A stretch of 64,000 bases of DNA, from positions 3,348,001-3,412,000 of the forward strand of contig NC_088854.1 of NCBI RefSeq assembly GCF_963853765.1, read 5' to 3'. This stretch comes from Magallana gigas. Taxonomy: Eukaryota. The translations under genes were made by a program, and so were the position numbers. Positions 11,912-22,985 of the stretch are shown piece by piece (position 1 is the first letter of the stretch; the number at the start of each line of letters is the position of its first letter). Below the pieces are notes generated by a model that was given only the letters and a program-made list of their open reading frames with translations, had not been told where the DNA came from and searched no databases.

Positions 11912-13711
11912 ATGAACATGGCTGTTCCACCAGGAGGACCAATGGAGATCTGCTTCTCTTTTGATACTACTGGGTCGATGTCCAGTTCTATAAACGCTGT
12001 AAAAGAAAATGTGCAAGAATTGATTCTACGACTACAGACGGACATACCCGGTCTTAGAATTGCTGTCTTCGCTCATGGTGATTATTGTGATAAAAACTCG
12101 TCATATGTCACCAAACACATTGACTTTTCAACCGATTTGAAAGAACTGTGTAACTGGGTGAAAAATGTTGAATCCACGGGTGGCGGCGATAGCGATGAAT
12201 GTTATGAATTGGTGTTGCATGGGGTTCAAAGTCTATCGTGGACGCCGAGATCACAGAGAGCTCTGGTGATGATTGGAGATGCAAATCCGCATGGTGTAAA
12301 TTACCCAGACAATAAATTGAGATTAGATTGGGAAGTGGAATTAGACAAATTGGCAGCAATGGTGAGTACTTTTATGCAATAATTAGAGTATACACGCTTT
12401 TGATGGTAAATTAATTTCGATCACTTATAATTCAAAGCAACATTAAAAGCAAAGCAGTTTAAATTTTGGCTCATAAACACTTTTCATCTCATTCAGAGTG
12501 TCCGCGTGTACGGTGTACAGTGCGGAGGTTCGGGCGATGAGAGAACCAAAAACTTCTACCAAACACTGGCCAACAAGACGGCGGGCAGACGAGTGGAGTT
12601 GGAGCAGTTTTCCAACTTATTTGATTTTATCATGGCTATTTGCTATAGAGAGCAAGGAGCAGAGTTTCTAGACCTCTATGAACAGGAAGTCCGTGCCAGA
12701 GATGCTAGAATGGGTCTCCATAAGGACGTACACGCTCTGTTCGGGGCTCTAAGAGAGGGAGAAGAAGAACCTTCAACTTCCTCGTCAACCGCAGAGAAGC
12801 CAAAGTCCAGAACACTTCCATTCAAGCCAGCTCTGAAAAAGAAACCTTCGCTCACAAAGGCTCCTTCCATTACCAAACTGAAGAAAAACAGTTCCCTCAT
12901 TCATAAAGTCAAGAAAACCATCGCCAAAAAGAAACCCAGCTCTGCAGTCGATAGAAAGAAGGCGAAACTCTTGGCCATTTCTTGTCAAAAGGTACGTAGA
13001 AGTCTTTTTTCTTCTTCTTCTTCTTCTATTTCAGAATACACCCCATTAGATTGAAAATGTTTCTCGACCCTTAAAAGAACACTTTGGCTAACCAGAGGTT
13101 TTCTATTTATCGATCCAGCCTGCTCTCTTTTTCGGGATTCCTTGGCTGGCAAAAATATTTGTTGTATGACCACGCAGCTCTTTACCATTTGTGGTAAATT
13201 GTATTTCATAATATTTCAGATGAACGCTCTTAGAAAACTGAAGAGAGAAAACGTTCCGGACACGAACTTTTCTTTAAACAAAATACAGTGGTCCCCATGG
13301 GAACTAGTTATCTCTCCCACCAAACCAGAAAACGACTCTTTGTGGTCTGAAAGATACAGAGGAAGAAAGGGTTTCCGCAAAACCAGCGTCTGCGGAGGAA
13401 AGACTTTTCCTGCAGCTGTGTACGAGTTCTGTGTGAGGAAACTTTCCGATCCTAAACGCTACGTGACATACTGTAAATTGTCGTCAGGATTCACCAAGAC
13501 AAGGTGTTGGGAATCGAGACTTTTATCTCATTCTGACGTTCGATCCCAAGTCAACAAAATTGTTGCTTTAGGGTATTCCGTCTATGTACGACGATGTTTG
13601 TTGAATGATTCTAACAAAGACACTGTCAGGAAATCATTACTTCGATATGACTATGCTTGGAAGCGAGTTACAAATGTTAGGGATTCGCAAAGAGATATAT
13701 CAGTAGCATAA
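11912..13711 (+). CDS. VWA + Lys-rich linker + ET/HRT-type GIY-YIG-like protein, copy 4 (478 aa; S386C relative to copy 2)
   Basis: Exons 11912-12361, 12497-12991, 13220-13711. Carries the copy-3 allele at 13431 but the copy-1/2 alleles at 13395 and 13411. Confidence 0.9.
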
Positions 13712-16277
13712 TTTCTGTCATGTTATTTATTCTATGTCGTTTCTTTAGTACTTGTGTTACGTTTTTATATCAGAATATTGATTCTGAAGTTGTTGTTGTT
13801 TTTCAAATAAAACAAATATGAATGCACCTCTTACTTATGTCACTTTACAAATTTCACGACATGCCACTGGTATATTTTAAGCTTCTTAAAGTAAAATAGT
13901 TCATGAAATATATCAAGTAAGGAATTGAATTGAAAATTGAATAGCATTGCAATTGTGAAAATCAGAAGTGAAGTGCAAACCTTACGGCATTGACAAAAGG
14001 GTGGCATCGCAAGGGAATCTTCAAGATTCAAAGGGGAACTAATATAACACGAAATGCCGGTCAACTGTTGACCGGTAGAATTCTGACATTGACAGCCACG
14101 GCGTGCTATTAGTAGGGATTGTAAACATTTTGCAGTAATAAGACTGGGTAAGCTTGGCAAAGCTAAAAAAAATGAAAATTTGGCGAAATATTAAAGGATC
14201 AATATCTCACAAAAATCAAAGTTTTGCAAATTGTTCACATCTTGTCAGTAATTTTCCACAAAGATTGGTTTTAGATTCTTTAAAGAGAAAAACACAGATG
14301 TGTTTCTGCTGAATGTAAGTATGCAGAAATGATTCTAGTCACAGTATTTAAAGAAAACTGTACTCGTTATAGTAACTTGCTTAAATATCTGTCCCGTGTT
14401 ACCTTAAAGTGTTGTTTTGAAACACACACGTAAATTTTGAATTGCGTCGAGGAAATATTAATTTCATTATTATTAGGCAAAATTCACTTGAACTACCAAT
14501 CAATTGAAACTGCGTGACTATACTGAGATTACAGTTCTTTGAAATGCAAACAAGGATCGCTTCATGTTTTTTTTTAATTCAAACTTTCATGTCCAAATTA
14601 TTCACATTTTCTCATATACTTAGTTTACAGTGCATACACATCACATATTCACTTCATTTAAGATATAAGTATGAACACAGTCACATACCGAAGATAAAAA
14701 TGCACATGTACAGACAAGTGTATACAGCGACAAACAGACATATATGCACAAACAATCTCGAATACTTTATTTATCAACCATGGAAGTTTGCGTATTTTTA
14801 GTTAAGAGGTGGGTGGGGGAGAGGGGGACACTATCTATCAAAAGTCATACATATGCAAAAGGATACATAATAGTATACTCATATTTTCTTTTGCTATAAT
14901 TTGATTACAATATCCTTGCAGCTATTATAAACAGTTTATAACAAATCACAAATAGTTTGCCAATACTTTTCATACTCAGCAAATTTACAATTCTTAAGTA
15001 CAGTAGTTTCTCAATATGTATTCTATCAGTGACAGTTCGTTTTAACATGAGCGTCGAGGGGTTTGGGACATTCTTAAATTTACTGGCAAAAATAAATTGT
15101 TTTACTGTAAGAATCGCTCCATGTTAATGTTCATGTTAATGGCATGTTGAAAATAACTTGGTTCAAATCCTTTATTTTTCTATTGGTGACTCAAAATGAA
15201 CTTAAAGTGCTTGTCATATGGCATATGTATTAAACGTATGTACGATGCTCTCTATTCCGCTCTTTCTGTATAAGTAAAGAAAAACGTGGCACCAACCTTG
15301 TTCGCAACACAAACCATTATCTATAGCGTACTTGCATCTCTCCTGTATCTCGAAGGTTTGGTCGACTAACTTGAAATTTAAATAGTTACATTTTAGGTTT
15401 GCATTTTAACACCAAACGAAGTGTTCGACAAAAACACTACTTCTCAGTACAAAAACGTTATTCTGACAGCACATATCCGTACTCTAAAACCGAAAAAAAC
15501 TGTTCAAAGAGGAGTGTGCAAGTAGGGAAAGATTTACAAAACTTCCTATAATATTTTCATAGGTTTGTCTTAACTTTACTATGTATATTGTTTAAACATA
15601 TATAAAGTATTACTGTAGTTGCCGTTGTATATGTAGATGCGATCTTTTCACCCTTATAATAGCTAACAAGGCATGTAACACTGTCGCATGGACAATCCTC
15701 TTTCTGGTCAGCAAATATAAAACGAGACTATGAGTTAATCAATGTTTTATTTACAAGAAAAATATGGAAAATGTATACTTGCATCGAGCAACAATAACTG
15801 TTAAATCAAGGATATATCCTGATTTGAGTTTCTAATAATGGAGAACAATAATGATTGACAAAGTAAAAAAAATGAAAAAATGCTCAAATCTTCAATTTAT
15901 TCGCATTTTAAAAATTATTTGACCTGAGAAAAATTCTACGACCGGACAAAAATGTTTGGAGAGGGTGATATCTTTAAGAAAAAATAACTTCCAGCCGTGA
16001 AGTATGCGGGTCCATTAAACTCGAAAAATGAGCGACCTTTTCTATCTTTGTCACTCCACTATATAGAGATCTTATTTCACTCGAGATATAAACAGATAAA
16101 TTTAATAGCTATGTTTTTTCTTACTTGTTATGAATTTAGTCACATTGACTTTGTTGTTGTAACTGTTTCATTTAAAGCAATCCATGTCATTTTAACGCTG
16201 TTTTTTGCTATGTTGGAAACCTGATCAAAACTTTCTAATTTATATATAATGGCAGGTATATCTCAATTTGAGAGCTA

Positions 16278-16411
16278 NNNNNNNNNNNNNNNNNNNNNNN
16301 NNNNNNNNNNNNNNNNNNNNNNNNNNNNNNNNNNNNNNNNNNNNNNNNNNNNNNNNNNNNNNNNNNNNNNNNNNNNNNNNNNNNNNNNNNNNNNNNNNNN
16401 NNNNNNNNNNN
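16278..16411. other. Assembly gap (134 N)
   Basis: Run of N. Confidence 1.
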
Positions 16412-16757
16412 AGGTCACAGTAATCGGCGTCATAAGTCTAGCAGACGTCTTATCACATTGAACCCGGCGGATCACTCAACAAAAGTTCCGCAAAACCTGG
16501 TAAGTTTGTGTTCCACTATCGCTTTGAAAATTATTCTAAATTACTTTATAAACTTAAATTATTTGGCACTTTAAAAAAACATTTGCAATGGAAATGAAAG
16601 ATGAAAGTTTATCTTCTAATATTTTCTTTTATATTTAATATCCTCTTATTGAACAATAAACAATAAATTTTAATTTTTTTAATATTTCTTTAATAACAAC
16701 ACTGTTCATTATTTCGGCTTTATCTCTGTTTTAATATCATATTTTTTGTTTAGAACC

Positions 16758-18918
16758 ATGATAGCATATTTTCTTCTTTTGACTGTGACTAGTGTACTTG
16801 GTGCTCCAACGTAAGTTTTATCATTATGATATCAAAGAGTTTAAGATAAATGAAATAAAATTGATACCCATTAAAAGAGACAAAAACCATACTTTTGAGA
16901 TTATCGATAACTACGGATGATGGGAAACAACTTTGCCCTGTTTCAGTGACCAGTCACATTCTGCTTTGGAACAATTCAAGAACATTATTCGGACACAGGT
17001 CACCACACTTTGGCACACTGTTGACAAAAATGGCGACGGTCGATTCGAGGCGAGCGACATGCACCACATCTTCGATGATTACGATGCTAACCGTAAGAAT
17101 CACTCTTGGAGTGGGAGCTTATTGCCACTCTTTATTGCCAGTCATTGCATTTATCTGTTATTCTTTTGCAAAAAAAGGATGGTATTGTGTCCCTATGTAT
17201 GTCAACTTAAAGGTTTAAAGGAGGAAAATTATCCTAAAAATAATGTTTTAACTGAAAATGGCGCGGCAACGGGACATAACTTTTGAAACTTGCCGATTTA
17301 AGTGCACATTTCACCTTGATATACTTGATATTTATTTGATACATGTACGTGATACGTGATTTATCATATTCTGATTCAATGCATATCGTCGTGAATGGAC
17401 GTCAGTAGTATGCTTTATTTATGATAGATAAGTCACTAATGGCGTTTTGTTAACCATCCGCTCGATGGTCATAAGGGTCTTCAGTTAGTCATGTAAATTA
17501 AGGTGGTATGGGACATCTGTAGATATTAATGTGAGTTAAAGTACATTAAAATTAAAATACTTTTATCGGTTTAGAATTTTCAAATTTTACAATGTTTATC
17601 AAAAAAAATATCCATTAAAAAATATTTGGAGAGTTAAAAATTGTAAAACCTACACCGGGACTCGAACTCTTGACCTACATATTCGTGGTAAACCGTCTAA
17701 CCCACTGCACTACGCTGGCATATGATAATAACGGGAAAGAAACTAGTTATATATTAATTACAATTGATTTTGTTGTTTATATCGATAAACAATTCGTCAC
17801 AACATGGAAGTGCCCAATACCACCATCAGAAAAAGTCCCTTTTGATTTTATATAATTGTCTAATCTAAGAACTACCAGGAACACTAACCACTAATTTAAG
17901 CTGCTAATCTCAAGTTGGTCTTAATTGACAGAGAAGAGTAACTTTGTTGATAGGAATATATAATAATAATAATATATATTTTTTTCTAAAAATACATTTT
18001 GTGATATAACCTGAAAAGGCATACTGCATTCATTTACAAAATTGCTTTTACGATTACTTTGCTGCTTAGATGACCATAGTGTGACTAAGCATGAATTCGT
18101 GACGAGGTTTGCCCACAATGAACCAGAGTTGAACATAATCGGTGAGGGTCTGTTCCTGGAGTTCGACATGAACCAAGATGGCGCTATCACCGTGTCCGAT
18201 TTAGACCTCTACTATCAGAAGATCGATTCAAACAGTGAGTAATGTTAACCGCCTTAAAACGGGATCAACTATTTTAAGTGTCTTTTATCAAAATAAAGGT
18301 CCCCGTATACAACCATCTTTGAGTGTGCATTTCAAAAGTTAATTGTTTTAAGAAAAATAACTATTAATACAGCAGTTTTATAAATATTCGTTGCTATTTA
18401 GTGTTATGGCAGGGCTTTATATAGACTATCTCTCTTAGAGAGATTTGTACCTTGCCGGGTGTGAAATGAACGTTAAGACGACATGTGTTTCAAAACTTTT
18501 TTAAAAGATTATACGTGCCACTCAAATGTCGGCTTACACGTGCGAAGGCATTGGTGTATATAATTGATTCATAGCAATATTATCATTTCTGTGCACACCG
18601 TTAAACAATTACTGAAACAACACACTATAGTATTTACCGCAAACATCCAAAGGATAGTCAAATGATGTAATCTTTGTATTAGATGATTTTTTAAATTATA
18701 TTTTGTAGACAATGGGCATGTGGAGAAGGAGGAATTCGTTCACTACTTTACGGAGGTACGTCTGATTGATATCTTTCGAATTGTTTTTATGACAAAAGTA
18801 TTTAACAATAAACGGTCTGTGTTGTCGTTGATTTATTGTCGTTGATTTGTTGTAGATCTTCACCATTCTGTACGTCATCCAGCTGAATCAGACGACAGTT
18901 GCACCTGGCGGCCGCTAG
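16758..18918 (+). CDS. Secreted four-EF-hand calcium-binding protein (157 aa), similar in architecture to molluscan insoluble matrix shell protein 5-like proteins
   Basis: Coding exons 16758-16810, 16947-17092, 18070-18234, 18709-18755, 18856-18918; phases 2/1/1/0 all reconcile. Signal peptide MIAYFLLLTVTSVLG. EF loops DKNGDGRFEASD, DANHDHSVTKHE, DMNQDGAITVSD, DSNNNGHVEKEE. A probable 5' UTR exon ends at the GTAAGT donor at 16500. Confidence 0.88.
17498..17828. mobile_element. MITE-like element with degenerate terminal inverted repeats and an internal tRNA-derived segment, in intron of the EF-hand gene
   Basis: Left end TTAAGGTGGTATGGGACATCT; right end AGTGCCCAATACCACC is an imperfect reverse complement. 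Minus-strand A box TAGTGCAGTGG and B box AGTTCGAGTCC at about 17653-17718. Confidence 0.65.
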
Positions 18919-20489
18919 AAAGAAAACCCCGAATTATGCATTTTCTTGGACTTTAGATGGTCATAACTGTAGACCATAAATTAAAATATTTATACTAAAT
19001 ATAAAAGTATATCATATTACATCAATCAATCAATCAATGGAACAGTATGATAATGTCATATATAATCGTACAATATACGCTATACCTATTATAATGTGGA
19101 AAAGTTAATTGTTTAATTAATTTGATTGTTAATTAATTAATTAATAATTGATTGTTAATCAATTGTCATTGTCATTTTTTCATTGATTGATTGATTGACT
19201 ATGAACTAACTTTTTGTTGGCATTATTATTAGTCATGCAATGGCTGTTACGGTAAAGAAATTATTATCAAGACTTCAACAAGCAACTGCCTTTCTTCGAA
19301 GCAAAACGATTTAAAAACAAAAATCATGCGAGTCAAATGCAGGATCTCACACTTGACAACGTCTTTAACTACATGTAAGACGTTTGGGTTAGGGTTTTGA
19401 GGATAGTGAACTTCCGTGGAATTAGTTATCAGAAGCCCACGAGCGACTTTCTTGGAATGCGTTGTTGGAGTTATCCTTCTTGTTTTACTATGCCATTCGT
19501 CCAAGAACAGATTTTAAAGTTAAATAAATTCGAAAAGGTTTTTGGTATTTTACTCCAAATGTTTGGTGATGATTTGAATTTCCGATTTGACGATGTGGTG
19601 ACAGAGAGTTATATCCGGTTCACTGTGGTTAATTATCAATTAATTTAGTTCAAAATATTCCGGGTTTTTTTTTCATTTATATAAGGCAGTGACATTTTGC
19701 TGAATGCTGCTTCTTATGATTGACTAAACGCAAAAGATGAAATCGAGTCAATTTATCTATTCAGTATTCAACACAGTAATTTAATGAATTAAGAAAGTCC
19801 TAATTTATATTAAACTTTTATATTCCTAAACATATGGTCAACCGGTTCCGCCTACCTTTCTGGGTTACGTCATGTGTATCGTACAGGTGGACGCCTTTCC
19901 TTTCTTTGCTTCAGTGGTCCCCCCAATTATGCCCGAGTGCTTCCACGTGTAAGTTACATTTCAGTCTGCAATGTCTTGACAGAAAAGCGGAAGTGTGATT
20001 AGAAAAATCTTGTTGGTGTGGTTAATCATAAATTTATTGCACAGAGAAATCAAGCAAAACCCCTTCATTAATTGCTAGGTATTAGTTCAAATATATTATC
20101 ATCGGAATGTAACCATATCATTGTTTTCTTTAAACTTGATGACTTATATTAATCCGATTTTTGATGTGTTAGGCATTGATGATAAATGTTTCTTTTCTTA
20201 AATCACAAGATCCTCCTGTGGTTCAAAGCTTGTCTGCTTGTTCTAGATGACATTTCCTGATTTTTTCCACGACGCCGTTTGACTGATGCAGTACAAGTGG
20301 CGGTCACGTGTTCATATTTCTTTGGGCACGTGTTCATATCATTTCTAACACATTGATGTGGTCAGTCAAATGCTCACTTTACATGTCATAGGAATTATTC
20401 CTCTGATATTTGATTTCAGCATAGCATGTTACCATTTTCAAAAATATCTAATCCAAATTCAATTTGAACTTTTCAAAAAAATATGAAAA

Positions 20490-20622
20490 NNNNNNNNNNN
20501 NNNNNNNNNNNNNNNNNNNNNNNNNNNNNNNNNNNNNNNNNNNNNNNNNNNNNNNNNNNNNNNNNNNNNNNNNNNNNNNNNNNNNNNNNNNNNNNNNNNN
20601 NNNNNNNNNNNNNNNNNNNNNN
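20490..20622. other. Assembly gap (133 N)
   Basis: Run of N. Confidence 1.
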
Positions 20623-21489
20623 TACTACACATAATTAGGTAGTCCGGACCAGAACATTATCAAGGGATTTAAAAAACACACCTTCATGTATTCAACACAA
20701 GGCTGTTACCCTATATCAGAGTTTCATTGTAGACATTACCTTATGTGCACCAGGATGTACAAATAGCAAACATTTTTTTAGATGCACTTTAACAGCTAAA
20801 TAAATTTTCACCCATAAATAATTGCATTACTGGAAACGGTCATGATACTATCATTTATATTTGAATCTCGCCTGTATATAGCGGTAGGCCAACGTCTACA
20901 CCTGCAAAAAGAATATCAACCATTATCTTTCAACCATAAAATAAATGTCAACACATACCAACGTCTTTCAAAAGTAAAAACCACTATTAACAACTACCAA
21001 GATCCCTTAACAGTGAAATACAACTAACAGACCCCTTAACAGTGAAATACAACTAACTGTGAAATACAGCTAACAGATTTCAACATTCTACAACGTTAAA
21101 ATAAGTATTATCATATACCAACATCCTTTGTCAGCAAAATAACTTATTGATCTCTATCAACCGCTTACATAGATTGTCCTACCGGCAATCAACACCGTAG
21201 GAACATTCTTTCTATCATTACCCACAGATAATGGGAGAATAAATTAATTAACATATCAATACTTACCAACAATAAACATTGGATAAATATGTTGTCAATA
21301 CATACCGGCAGCCTACACCGGAAAAATACAAGAATACATATCAAAAGCCTACACAGGACAATGATAATGTGAATACTTACAAACAGTCTAGACCGGACAT
21401 ATTTATGTAAAAACCAATCAGCAGACAAACCAGATAAATTGCATACCATTGTTTACCAACAAGTCACACCAAATAAATATCATGTCAAT

Positions 21490-21985
21490 ACTCACCAACA
21501 GCCTACACTAGATAGATATAATTTTAACACTTATAGACATCCTACATCGCCTAAATGTACTGTATATATACTTATAGACAGCCTACATTGGCTAAATGTC
21601 CCGTCAATACTTATAGACATCCTACATCGCCTAAATGTACTGTAATACTTATAGACAGCCTACATTGGCTAAATGTCCCGTCAATACTTATAGACAGCCT
21701 ACATCGGCTAAATGCCGTGTCAATACTTAAAAACACTCTACATCGGCTAAATGTCCTGTCAGTACTTATAGACAGCCTACATCGGCTTAAAGTCCTGTCA
21801 ATACTTATAGATATCCTACATCGGCTAAATGTCCTGTCTTAGCTGTCAATACTTATAGACAGCCTACATCGCCTATATGTCTTGTCAATATTTAAAGACA
21901 GCATACATCGGCTTAATGTCCTGTCAACAATCATATACAGCCTACATCGGCTAGATGTTTTATCAATACCTACCAACAAACTTAC
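21490..21985 (+). repeat. 39-bp minisatellite, type A
   Basis: Consensus approx. TCAATACTTATAGACAGCCTACATCGGCTAAATGTCCTG, roughly a dozen degenerate copies. Confidence 0.9.
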
Positions 21986-22369
21986 AACGTATAAATATTC
22001 TGTCATTGTCAGTTTCTACTAATTGTTCTTATGAGTATACTGTCAATTTTATCAACAGCCTACATTCTGCCTAATCCTACCAACATTCATTACTTACCAA
22101 ATCCTAACAACCCAACAGTTTATAATGATTTAACAACTAATCCATCCCAACAAACCGACATCACCGTAAAAAACCTGTCATTCCCTATAAACTGCCTTTA
22201 CTGGTAATAAAAACCATTATTAATCACAACATAGAATTGTGATTTTTTTTCGTTAATTTCAACAATTTGTCAAACATAACTACCCGTCTATATTGATGAA
22301 CAATACACAAAGGTTCGATATTTAGACGAGTTAAAGCTAAAGCATACAACACTACAAAACTGTAGAACA

Positions 22370-22985
22370 ACGAATCAATCTTATCAGACAACATTCAACA
22401 GTTATATAGCATACCAATCTTATCCAATAGCAAACAAGGGTAAAAATAACCAAGTCAATCTTCCCACCACATACAACGCAAAATATAGCACGCCAATCTT
22501 ACCCTCCACAATTAACTGTAAAATAGCACTGCCAACAAACCAATCTTACCCTACAGTATACAATGGTAAAACAACACACGAATCTTACCCAAAAGTATGC
22601 AACGGTAAGATAACATGCCACTCTTACCAAGCAGTATACAATGGTAAAACACATACGAATCTTACCCAAAAGTATGCAACGGTAAGATAACATGCCAATC
22701 TTACCCAGCAGTATACAATGGTAAAACAGCACACGAATCTTACCCAAAGTTTGCAACGGTAAGATAACATGCCAATCTTACCCAACAGTATACAACGGTA
22801 AAATGGCACATAAATCTTATCGAACAATATACAACGGTGAATATAGCACATTAATCTTATCGAACAATATACAACGGTGAATATAGCACGCCAATGTTTT
22901 CTATCAGTATACAGTGGTAAAATAGAACACTTATCTTATCCAAGAACATACAGCGGTAAAATCGTATGCAAATCTTACCAAACAA
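22370..22985 (+). repeat. 39-bp minisatellite, type B, with alternating dimer structure
   Basis: Alternating AATCTTACCCAAAAGTATGCAACGGTAAGATAACATGCC and AATCTTACCCAGCAGTATACAATGGTAAAACAGCACACG units. Confidence 0.9.

Larger units (their letters stand above)
1..15482 (+). repeat. Gene-containing tandem macrosatellite, ~4,015-bp unit, at least 4 copies (left end outside window)
   Basis: The ORF track recurs at offsets 4016, 4015, 4015 (460/4476/8491/12506). Units are nearly identical by eye. Similarity to the unit breaks down at 15,473-15,482 (acatatccgtac vs unit acttatcggtac). Confidence 0.97.

Noticed and set aside
62-14801. Recurring short ORFs in the array (83, 74, 67, 74 and 106 aa on minus; 95 aa on plus)
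   Set aside because: They are antisense shadows of the real exons or spacer ORFs with GTG/TTG starts and no protein-like features. They recur only because the unit is duplicated.
1-15482. The array as a pure assembly artefact
   Set aside because: Not favoured, because copies carry distinct shared and private variants and show an edge gradient. It cannot be excluded without read data, and the copy number may be wrong.
16249-16475. ORFs spanning the first N gap
   Set aside because: Artefacts of translating N's.
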